Below, piece after piece: positions 1 to 9,836 of a stretch of DNA of 64,000 nt. The DNA lies in NCBI GenBank assembly GCA_964658305.1, contig OZ210885.1:15314001-15378000 (forward strand), written 5' to 3'. The notes beneath the pieces were generated by a model. The model searched no databases and had not been told where the DNA came from. It saw only the letters and a program-made list of their open reading frames with translations. A program made the translations under genes and the position numbers. The stretch's first letter is position 1, and the number at the start of each line of letters is the position of its first letter. This DNA comes from Leptogorgia sarmentosa (Eukaryota).

Positions 1-595
1 GGTCACTTGCTAACTTCTCTAAACTATATCTGGCTTGATCCTTAGCATATTGCAAATGCGATACACGGCAAAGGTACTCCCCTTAATCAATGCTGGGGAT
101 TTATTGATGGAACAATGCGGCCAATTTCAAGACCTGTCCGTAACCAAAAGATAATGTTTAGCGGCCATAAAAGAGTGCATTGTATAAAGTTCCAGGTAAG
201 AAGAAACTAGAGGGCATTATTTTCATGCACTTGACAAAAGAGAAATTTTGAAAAAATATAATAAAGTAATCATGACAATAATTGCTTGCTTCTTTTGTCC
301 ATAGTCAGTGATTACCCCAAATGGCCTGATTGCACATTTATATGGTCCTGTTGAGGGGAGAAGACATGATGCTTTCATGCTTAATACTAGTGGATTGCTA
401 CCAGTACTGCAACAATTGGTTAAACCCAATGGAGAACTGTACGTCTTATATGGTGACCCTGCTTATTGTCTTACTCAAAACATCTTGGCTCCATTCAAAG
501 GGGCACAAATCACTGCAAATGAACAAGCATTCAATAAGGAGATGAGCAGAGTTCGAATATCAGTGGAATGGGGCTTTGGTAAAATAGTGAAATAT
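1..595 (+). pseudogene. PIF/Harbinger (HARBI1-like DDE) transposase remnant; exons 1-195 and 305-~595, GT-AG intron 196-304
   Basis: Spliced translation gives CWGFIDGT.RPI.RP...FSGHKRVHCIKFQ|SVITPNGLIAHLYGPVEGRRHDA...YGDPAY...FNKEMSRVRISVEWGFGKI. There is an in-frame TAG at 43-45, and similarity ends abruptly at ~595. Confidence 0.9.
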
Positions 596-902
596 CCAAA
601 CTGCCCATTCTTCCACAGATCACTGATTGAGTATTGGGGAAAATAAGTCTTTTGTTTCCATTTAAACCAAAGGGTTTTACTCCGTATAATACATATCCTC
701 TTCTTATTACTTCCACCCTCCCCCTCCCCCTCAAAACTCTTTTCTAAAGCAATAGATTCCCCAAACTCACAAATACACTCCCCACTCTTACACTTCTTTT
801 TATTACTCCTTTTACCCATACTCATACCAAACGGTATAAAATATAACTGTGTGAAAGACAAATCTAACTCGTAGTGGTACTGTACATAGGTTACAAGAGT
901 TG

Positions 903-2264
903 TTAACTAGATTTACGTTTAGAGGGGTTTGATGGTGGAAAAGCTAAGACGAAATCTTTAACAGCATTAAGATTCTGATATAATTTTGTTAATTCGTGTA
1001 CATTCTGATTGTCATCGACAGCCGCTGCCATAAGCGCACTCGTACTATCATGGCGAAGCACCTTCTCCAACTGCATGTAATATCGTGCAGTATGAGCTCG
1101 CTCCCAACCGACATGACCCATAATGTCCGCTAGCGCTGAGCCAGCAAGAGCAAGAGTTACAGCACACCCGGAACGAAAACTATGCGCTGTCTCACCGTCA
1201 TCTAAGCCAGCCTCCCAAAGGTAAGTCTTTAGTCTAGCGTTCATTGCTGCTGACGACACTGCCGTATCGGCAATCTCTCCTTGAGCCGTAGTAGGCCGGA
1301 ATAAATAACCTCCGGTGAGATCGATTTGCAAAGTCTGAGAAGTCGCTATATAGCGCTCAATCGCCGCGACCGGACATATCTTGACATTAGCACATCGTTT
1401 AATGCCAAACAAATTCGAGCTACCGTCGCGAAGTGTCTTGCCCCATGTGTGATTAAACAGTAGACCATCGTCATTTGGGAACCGCAGAATTCCATTTGTC
1501 CTTACAAGAGCAAGGTCTCCAGGCCGATCACCGGAAAAAAACAGGCTCTTAAAATACGCCTGATCGCGGGACAAAATATATGTTTGGAGTGGAGTATCGG
1601 TAGTAGTAGCCTGCCGTCCATCAATATGATCCGCCAAACAGGCCAACTTATCCACGAAGAGAGGAACTGCCTGGATGGCAACGATGCCAGCGGCCGCCTG
1701 CTCTTCTTTCACACATTTTAGATACTGTTTTACCAGCAACGATGCTGCTGGGTTACCTAAACCAAAACTCTCTTCCCAATCGCCCGTGCGATCATATTCC
1801 TTGAAAATAGCGCGCAATTTTCCAATAAGAGAATCGACAGTGCCGGCAGCCAAACGTGAAGGACATATACATGAAAAAACACCTTTGAGACCGCGATTAG
1901 GGCAAAACTGATCATGAACGCAAGTCTTTCCAGCCGTATCCTTCCAGACCAAAAATCTCACCAAGTCTAATGGTGTTGCCGACAGTAGATCCGGATGCGA
2001 AGGAAGGGAGGCTAGAAACCGAACGAGAAGATCTGATAGGCGAGATTTCTGACGGTCATAAGGCGACTCGCGATCGAATAGGTAAGATATTCTCGCATCA
2101 ATGGCTGTGAGATCAAAATCCAAACGTTCCGTTTGTTGCAACGGTACACAAAGACGTCTGGCATAACCACACTGCTGGCAAAACCGAAATGTATGGTCGT
2201 TTGGATAGGAACACTGAGGGCGCGCAACGGCAGGCAGCCATATGCGCGGAACAACGCGAAGAGG
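903..2264 (-). CDS. Tyrosine recombinase (YR) coding exon of the retroelement, with N-terminal zinc-ribbon-like segment
   Basis: The frame is open from an AG acceptor at 2266-2265 (PLRVVPRIWLPAVARPQCSYPNDHTFRFCQQCGY...). Catalytic motifs: SGDRPGDL (R), GKT (K), HSFRSG (HxxR), HVGW, and RYY (Y). Confidence 0.9.
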   Translation of the reverse strand, partial: PLRVVPRIWLPAVARPQCSYPNDHTFRFCQQCGYARRLCVPLQQTERLDFDLTAIDARISYLFDRESPYDRQKSRLSDLLVRFLASLPSHPDLLSATPLDLVRFLVWKDTAGKTCVHDQFCPNRGLKGVFSCICPSRLAAGTVDSLIGKLRAIFKEYDRTGDWEESFGLGNPAASLLVKQYLKCVKEEQAAAGIVAIQAVPLFVDKLACLADHIDGRQATTTDTPLQTYILSRDQAYFKSLFFSGDRPGDLALVRTNGILRFPNDDGLLFNHTWGKTLRDGSSNLFGIKRCANVKICPVAAIERYIATSQTLQIDLTGGYLFRPTTAQGEIADTAVSSAAMNARLKTYLWEAGLDDGETAHSFRSGCAVTLALAGSALADIMGHVGWERAHTARYYMQLEKVLRHDSTSALMAAAVDDNQNVHELTKLYQNLNAVKDFVLAFPPSNPSKRKSS

Positions 2265-2352
2265 CTAGGAAAACAAAGATCACACAATTAACTTTTTTTT
2301 TTTTCTTTTTTTTTTTTTTTACATAGTATACATGGCCTCAAGTATAACACAA

Positions 2353-2836
2353 TCACGGGTAACAAAGTTCAAACGCCCACAAGTCGAATGGAATTGGTCC
2401 ATAATCCACATAACCAGACTTGGTAGGGCGACGGAGAACATCAACTTCACCTTTTTTTGCCAAGCACTTAAGTGTGACACACTCGGCACTGAGAATGGGC
2501 CACCAGTACTGTCTCGGATATCGGTCTGGGACAACAAGAGTACAGTACGCCTTATGTTCCCTCAAAAAACACAACATAGACCCCACAAGTGAAAACGGCG
2601 GAAAAACGTAACAGTGACGAAATGTTGGATGAAACGATGCAGAGAGGCGATGAGCAAACCCATTTACACCTAACGAGTTAGGAGTAGGAAGTAGAGTAAA
2701 ATGAGGGAGTGGATGACCTTGGAGATCACATTGGACATTGGAATCCGTCGCCATGAGATCACACGTATGACCTTCAGGCCCCCCAAATACACTTTGAACG
2801 ACCGACCAGACTCGAGGAGTAAGCGCACAATCTAAA
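2353..2836 (-). CDS. Adenine-methyltransferase-like C-terminal domain of the YR-element pol (fragment)
   Basis: DLMATDSN...GVNGFAH...YVFPPFSLV...TLVVPD..RQYWWP matches the MT-like domain that follows RNase H in DIRS-group elements. Confidence 0.75.
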
Positions 2837-3063
2837 TTGTGATTCAAAACTGCACAATTAACATTTACTCACTAAACTTCTTGAATTTTATTCTTTAATC
2901 GATCGCAAAGACGTTTTTAACTGTTGAAAACTTCAATTCCGGCTTCGCTCTTTCTGCCATTTTGTTTGTTTTTCTCTACTAGCAGGATATGAGCTAATAT
3001 CCTGCTGGTAGGGAGCCAATCACATTGCAGAATAGCTCATATCCAGCGCTTGTGTATATAATA
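2837..3063. repeat. Unrelated non-coding repeat fragment occupying the site of the deleted RT C-terminus and RNase H
   Basis: RT homology stops at LPFGWKLSPF (~3064) and pol resumes at LDCALTP (~2836). The intervening AT-rich piece has a hairpin (agcaggatat-gagcta-atatcctgct, 2981-3006). No YxDD or RNase H is present. Confidence 0.6.
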
Positions 3064-3866
3064 AAAGGGGATAGCTTCCATCCAAACGGAAGAACATTAT
3101 TAACGAACCACCATCCTCCCCATTGAAAACCCATCCAGGAACGACTTTCGTCATCCATTAACATATGGTCGTAACCAGATTTATCGTCAAGCTTCGTTTG
3201 ATAGTGATTCTGGCCAACATACCGAGTCAAATCAATAACGGAATCAAGACGAAAAGGCATATGTTTCATCCAACAATTAAGATATTGTTGGTCCTGACAT
3301 AGGCGGGGTTTAGTTGGTTCTACAGTTAGTGGCATAACTAAAAATGGTGGAGGACATTCACCTACTTTCCCTAGCACACCAACAGCACCGACCTCAATGC
3401 GTTGAAGAATCGTACGGCCAATAAAATCCACATGTGGCGCACAGGAATGATGATTATGAAAGATCCTGGAAACTGGTACATCCGAATCATATGCCCTACC
3501 CGCAAATTGCCCTTTAAAATGTTGCACATACTGTTGGACCGACACCCGGTTACGAATCCAACCCATAATCTCCGTCCGGTTTGGGAGATTGCAAGATAAC
3601 TGATCCCACACGTGTGAATGGTTATGGATCTCTCCCGCGACGAAGCTATCAGGATCCCGGACGAGGCAAGGCTCTCCCGACTCAACAGAAATGTTGCTTG
3701 TAATTGCTTCCGATACCTCTACGGCCCCTGGGACGGCTGCCCTCGAACTGGTCTCCGGGAGGGTTTTCCAACAAAATTTTCGAGTACGGAAAGATTCACT
3801 AGCAGCAAGTGGGTCAAACTGCGACGTGACAACAAATCTCTCCCCACAAAGTCGCTTGGGAGATGG
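3064..3866 (-). pseudogene. Reverse transcriptase N-terminal part of the YR retroelement (truncated before YxDD)
   Basis: RDPDSFVAGEIH...PLTVEPTKPRLCQD..YLN...KLDDKSGYDH...LPFGWKLSPF (RT motifs A and B); candidate splice acceptor at 3868-3867. Confidence 0.85.
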
Positions 3867-4329
3867 CTGTAATAAAATAGGAGTGGCTGAGCATAAAGCA
3901 AGAAGCACGATCACCCACCAGGGAAAACTAACCCCCCAGAGAACCAGGGAGAGCAACAGTCCCGGCACAACTGCAAGAGTCGAGCACAAAGAGCCTTAGA
4001 TAGCCCTGGGAAAGTTGACCCCTAGCCTAGGAGACCTACAACGTTCAAGATTAAATGGGTCTACCTCCCGAAGTTATAGGAAGAGAAACACAATACAACA
4101 AACATCGCCTGTACTCCATCATTGTTTTGTTTGTTTTTCTTTCTTTTATTAGAACAATAATCATAATAAAGTATAGAAAATTGTACATTAACACAATGAC
4201 ATTAGGATATGGTTATACCTTCAGTCCTACTGTAGCTTACATATCCATTGGAACATTCCTCATACCCAGTAGTAATATTTCAAATTACAGATTATTAAGA
4301 CAGTATTTTCACACAAATTTCGGGGACAA

Positions 4330-6313
4330 TTATTTTTTATCTGACCTCGGTAAGTTTTGGCAGTCACGAGCGAAATGCCCAATGCCATTACAATTAAAAC
4401 ACCTTGAAGTTCGAGGATATCGAGGTGAACGGAAACGATTGTAAGGCACTGGATAAGGCCTATCACGGGCCTGGGCCACCATTGGAGGGACAGCTGTTGG
4501 CCGCATAACATTCAACGGCAGAGTGGACTTGTATATCTTAGAGACCGTTTTTGCCACTTCACGCTCTACTTCCTCTCCTAATACTTGAGTGACGAAATCA
4601 CCCATTCGAGGAGTATGCGGCAACTTTTTACAATTTGATAGAACAGCCGTAAACTTCTTTATATCCGCATGACCTGAGCGACGGGCAACATCTTCTAAGT
4701 TTGCCAAAGCGCCAATTAAAGCATATGCATCAAACACTTCTGGAGGACGGGCTGCAAATTGTCGAACCAACAACAAAGCCTGGTCCACTGACGAGGCGGC
4801 CGTGTTGTTTTGCAGCAGGTTCAGTCGAGCTTGTAGCTCTTGCACTTGAACCTGGAAGCAAGCGGGGATAAAATAAGGATAGAGTATGATAATTCACTAG
4901 AACTTGTCAGCACTCACTCAACAGTATTTACCACGTGAATTCAATATGTCGGAACGTCATCGACTTCGTTTATACATTTTCTCTGGTCGGAACTGCATCG
5001 ACATTTCATATCTATATCTGGTCGGAACTTCATCTACGTCACATATTTATATCTGGTCGGAACTTCATCGACATTTCATATCTATATCTGGTCGGAACTT
5101 CATCGACGTCACATATTTATATCTGGTCGGAACTTCATTGACATTTCATATCTATATCTGGTCGGAACTTCATCGACGTCACATATTTATATCTGGTCGG
5201 AACTTCATCGACGTCACATATTTATATCTGGTCGGAACTGCATCGACGTCACATACCTATATCGGGTCGGAACTGCATCGACACATCTCCCTAAACGGCT
5301 ATACTGTTTACGATCATATAAACTTCAATTAAACTGTCGAAACGTCACCGAGTTTTCTTAGATCTAATATATCGAGATGTGATCGACTTTGCTTATGGGC
5401 TATATGTATATATAAATATCATATATAGTGTCGGTACTTCATCGACAACGCTCATTTCATGAGCCGAATAAATCGGAGCTTTAATTGATTTCGCTCATGT
5501 TCAAAGCATGGCGGTACTTCATCGACAAATATCCCTTTAGACCGACGATATGTCAGAAATTATGTTCGACTTGTAATTTATGTAAATATCGTGTTGGTAC
5601 TTCGTAAACAACGAACAAATTGACGTTAAAAGTTTTAAGTTCACTTAAGTGCATTACATTGTGTGTCTTTTGTCTGAATGTATGCCCACGCTCATTTCGC
5701 TAGTGAAACCGGGCTCACGTATATATCATATTATATACAAGGTAATTTGCCCAGTAAATACAAACGCATTACTCCTTCATCAACACGCCTCCTTTACCGT
5801 AATTGAGATTATACAGAACGAAAAGAAGCTATAGCAGACTTAACATGTCTTAAACCGTTTCGATACGCCAGACGTGCGACGGTTCACGATAAGTGGTGTC
5901 ATCGGAAATGAAATCTACATGTTAATACAACTCTGTATGGACGAAGTACTTCCATAATGGTAGGGCATATCGAGTAACACATGTTATATATATGATATAT
6001 CTATAAGACATTTCTATAAAACGCACACGGTCAAAACTGGCAGAATTAGATACACTCGGCCGAAAGTAGAATAACGAACGCTAAACCATGCCGGCCATAG
6101 GGCGTAATAAGGACAGGAGAAGCAATACAACGAACATATGCTACACAAATGTTAAAACAATTAACGCAAATACAGACAACAAAAGCAATTCACCTCTAAA
6201 TTCGGGGCTGGTGGTGGCCCAGCTGGTGGAACATCAGCAACCGGTTCATCTACAGGTTCAGGAATAATCGGCTCTACAGGAGCAGCCGCCGGACGAATTG
6301 GTCTTTGAGCCAT
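4330..6313 (-). CDS. Spliced gag-like protein: exon 1 6313-6194 (40 codons), intron 6193-4852, exon 2 4851-4330
   Basis: ATG at 6313, donor GAG|GTGAAT and acceptor cttgcttccAG|GTT are both phase 0. The join reads MAQRPIRP...PAPNLE|VQVQELQARL... and ends in the zinc knuckle CFNCNGIGHFARDC. Confidence 0.8.
4948..5285. repeat. 35-bp minisatellite, 9 good copies plus degenerate flanking copies, inside the predicted gag intron
   Basis: The core ctggtcggaact recurs at 4983, 5018, 5053, 5088, 5123, 5158, 5193, 5228 and 5263 (variant). Two unit variants (acatttcatatct / acgtcacatattt) partly alternate. Confidence 0.95.
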
Positions 6314-6370
6314 GTAAGAAGTATAGAACTGATATTGGAACGCCAAACAACTTGTCTTTATTTCACTTAG

Positions 6371-9300
6371 AAGTAAAGCGAAGGAGAAGCAAAAGACGTA
6401 GAAAAAAACGACAAGAAGAGCGAAAGCTTTCCTCAAAAATCTTAAAGAAGAAAATGCGAGAAAGATACAAGATGGAATTTGATGAAGCAAAGACTAAGCT
6501 TGTCCAGGATTTGAGTATTGAACGTAATCGGGCAAACGAAAACAATCGAAAAGCTGAGCATCTTTGGAGAGCGTGGCGCAAAGAAAAAATACGTAAACAA
6601 AAAGAAATGTAAGTTTTCAATGTTTTGACAGACGAAATACATTTTACATTGCCTGATTTCAATGAATGTTATTGGTAGCAAAGCTGTATTTTTAGTAATA
6701 TATTGCAGAGAGGGCCACTTTCCCCCCAGGCCATTCAAGTGGGGCACCAATGACAGGAACTGGCTCACCACTGCATGGACCCTTGCAATAGTAACATACA
6801 ATTAGACAGATTTGGTCCATTAAATAATCTAGTTATACATATCATTTTTTTTACATTATATTTCATTGCATAACATCAACAATTGCGGCAAAAGTTCACC
6901 TCGGCTCCCTACATACAATAAGATCCAGTGTTTCAAGTGAAGGCCCTTCATTGAGGTTTAGGAGTAGAGGTCCTTTGCCGTGGTCACTAATTTGCAAAAA
7001 TGGGCCTATGCTCAAAAATTTGAATTTGTTAGTTTCATTTAGATAGTGAGTAGAACTTGATTGGTAGCTGATATAATCAGTATATTGTCTGATAATATAA
7101 GGTATTTTCTCAGAATATTGTGATTAAAACCAGTGGTGGTATTTTGCAAATAATTTTCCACGTTTACGTAAACGATTCAAACAGCTTAATGCACTTCTTT
7201 TTTAGAAGGAAGGGATAGAAGCTACCCTTTATAATTATATTTCAGCCTTTCATGCAATATATTATTATTAAATAGTTGGCATTAGTCTAAAATGCTTTTA
7301 CCATCCATAGACAATTTATTGTAACATAAGGCAAAACAAATGTGATCCAAATATCATCATCTTGTAAGAGTTGAGTTATTCAAAAACAAGGTACAAAATT
7401 CTGGAGATATTTCAACATTAATGCAAAGTGATTGTCAAAAATGTTGTCTCTTGTTTTTAAATAACCCAAATCCTCAGTTCACAAGACGATATTTGGATTT
7501 GTTTTGTCTTATATTTGGTATGTTTTTGGCTATCTTGCAGACAGCTTCGCCACATCAATAAGGAAAACATCAAAGATACTTCAAGCAAGGAAATTATTGG
7601 CGATGGGGTTTTTGGTGTGTGCAAAAAGATGTTCTACCGTGGTAAAACAGTTGCGGTGAAATTTTTCAACGGAAAAGTAACATCTGAAGCTGTTAGGAAG
7701 GAGGCTGGCATGATGAATGCCCTTGACCATGATGGTAAGTTTTCCGCTCTCATTACAGAAATCCAGTTATTATATTATTACTGAAGTGAGTCATGACTAC
7801 AATGGCTAATATGCAATCAATTCAGTGGCAAGGGTTCAGATGTACTTAAGTTGGGCATACATTCTCTCACCTGGAAACACCATGTCCAAGTAAAGACCAA
7901 ATCCCAGTCACTATAGAGTATAGTGAATTTCCCTTTGGAGCTAGGGATTGGATTTGCAAAGCCCTGGGAAATTAGAATTTTCTGATTTTCTTCATTAATG
8001 ATTGCTACCAAATAGTGATTAGCCCATATCCATACTCCTGTGCATAGTCGAAGTCAGTTTACTGACTGACTTTACAGACAAATGGGCTGTCACATCACAT
8101 CTTATGGTACTATATTATGATTATGTAAAATCTTTATTTAAAAAGTGTGTTCTAATAGGCACTATATTTTACCAATTTTTCTTTCTTTTCATAACAAACC
8201 AAAATGTAATTTTTGTAAAATAGCTTTGTAGTATTTTCAAGATATGAAATATTTAGTCTTAATTTCCAATTCAACCCATTGCTTAAGGCAGTGATCCTAT
8301 TCATGATTTCGTATTACTTGAAATATTCATTTCTAAAACAACAGAAGACTGATTGACCTCAATGGAACATATCCCATCATTTTCTAAGGTTACTGTACTG
8401 TACTGACAGGAACAGTCACTCACTATAATTTAAAACTTATAATATGTAACTACAATATTATGATACAAGTACTACAGGGTGTATCAAAAAAAAGTTTACT
8501 TTGGGAAATATTCCCAAAGCTAACGAGCGCACGAAATTTGTGAAAACATTCACTTAAACTAGGTAGATTACCACCCTCTGGTACATCTAGTACTGAGTTT
8601 ATTTAAAAATCTATCTTTTTTAGACTAGGAAATATGTTGTTGCAAGGCACTTAAGAAATGACTTGCGCGCAAAAACTAAGCTCTTTTAACGGTATCTGAT
8701 TTAATCGAGTCAAAATATGGAGCATGCTGTACAAGTTATTAAGGTTTCGTGAAATTTGGTGCACTCAGAGTCAACAAAGACATGTCCGAAAACTGGATTT
8801 TGCGTTCTTTCTTGCGTGATTACCGATTAATTTATGCATAATTGGATATTTGCAATAATTACCAATGCAAATTGCAAGCTAATTCCCAAAGGTCCGTAAT
8901 TACGCGTAGAAATTGCGAAAAATCCAGTTTCCGGACATCGCACGTTCGTCTCAGCGTGCACCAAATTTCTCAAAACTTGAATAGCTTGTATATCATACTC
9001 CATATTTTCATCCGATTAAATCAAACTGTGTAAAGAAAACTTATTTTTTCTGCACAAGCCGTTTTTAGTGGGCCTTTCTGTAACCACATTTCCCATTCTA
9101 AAAAAGTTTGTTTTTAAAATAAACTTAGTGCTAGATGTTCCAGAGGGTGTTAAACTACCCAGGCTAACCGAAAGTTTTTGGAAATTTTGAGCGCTCGTTA
9201 GTTTAGAGAATGTTTTTCATGAGTAAACTTTTTTTTTATACACCCTGTATAGTTAAACACTAAGCAAATTTTTTTTCAGGTTTACCATATATATTTGGAA

Positions 9301-9836
9301 TCAATACAGAATCCACACCATATTTTATTGTTATGGAATTCTATGGAATACATGGCAAATCCATGAATTTTGCAGAAGCTGTGAAGACCAGGTTATTTTC
9401 AGATGAAAAAGACTGGGCTAGGATGTTACTAAAATGTGCTGCAGCAATTCATCACCTTCATGAAAAGAACTACATCCACTGTGACTTGAAAGGCGACAAC
9501 ATTGTTTTGACCGAAGTTCATCAGGAGTTTGTTCCAGTCATAATAGATTTTGGTAAAATGAAACAAGTCTCCAAAGCAAAGTTGAAAAAATTGTCAGTCA
9601 AAGAGCAAGACAGGTATTCAAAATATCATAAGCATATTGCACCAGAGATTGTTCGCGGAACCCATCCCCCATCAAAAGCAAGTGATGTTTATGCTTTTGG
9701 TCTGGTTATTTCTCTCCTATGTTTTTACCAAAGGATTGAAAATCTGAGACTAATTGCAGTTTCATGTATCAATGGAACACCTGAACGCAGGCCTACCATT
9801 GAACAAATAATTACCAAGCTTAAGGCCCTTGAGTAG
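6371..9836 (+). CDS. Protein kinase gene, 5'-incomplete; exons 6371-6608, 7541-7734, 9280-9836
   Basis: All GT-AG junctions are phase-consistent. GDGVFG, VAVK, HCDLKGDN, DFG, APE and SDVYAFG are intact, and the first exon is a basic coiled-coil. No start exon was found upstream. Confidence 0.85.
8475..9247. mobile_element. Foldback MITE, Tc1/mariner-type, in kinase intron
   Basis: TA|CAGGGTGTAT...ATACACCCTG|TA with TA duplication (8473-74, 9248-49); imperfect inverted symmetry runs through most of the element. Confidence 0.9.

Larger units (their letters stand above)
660..6335 (-). mobile_element. Tyrosine-recombinase retrotransposon (DIRS/PAT-like): gag, RT, methyltransferase-like domain, YR; internally deleted; termini approximate
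   Basis: The order gag (CCHC knuckle), RT, MT-like domain, YR on one strand is the DIRS-group layout. No terminal repeats could be resolved by eye. Confidence 0.85.

Noticed and set aside
596..900. Possible terminal inverted or split direct repeats of the YR element (weak resemblance of ~835-850 to ~6315-6331)
   Set aside because: Too short and degenerate to call without a multi-copy alignment.
2293..2320. Long T tract (A-run on the - strand) after the pol stop
   Set aside because: No TSD or associated retrocopy; it cannot be distinguished from a homopolymer expansion.
903..2847. Phage integrase plus DNA methyltransferase suggesting a prophage or bacterial contamination
   Set aside because: They are collinear with a eukaryotic RT and a CCHC gag, which is the DIRS-group layout, and flanking genes have spliceosomal introns.
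3867..3989. Hydrophobic, signal- or membrane-like N-terminus of the RT ORF
   Set aside because: It has no ATG and lies upstream of the candidate acceptor at 3867, so it is probably intronic read-through.
4948..5285. 35-bp periodic repeats resembling a CRISPR array, and ORFs 4904-5332 and 4935-5141
   Set aside because: The units are contiguous with no unique spacers, there are no cas genes, and the context is eukaryotic. The ORFs are translations of the minisatellite.
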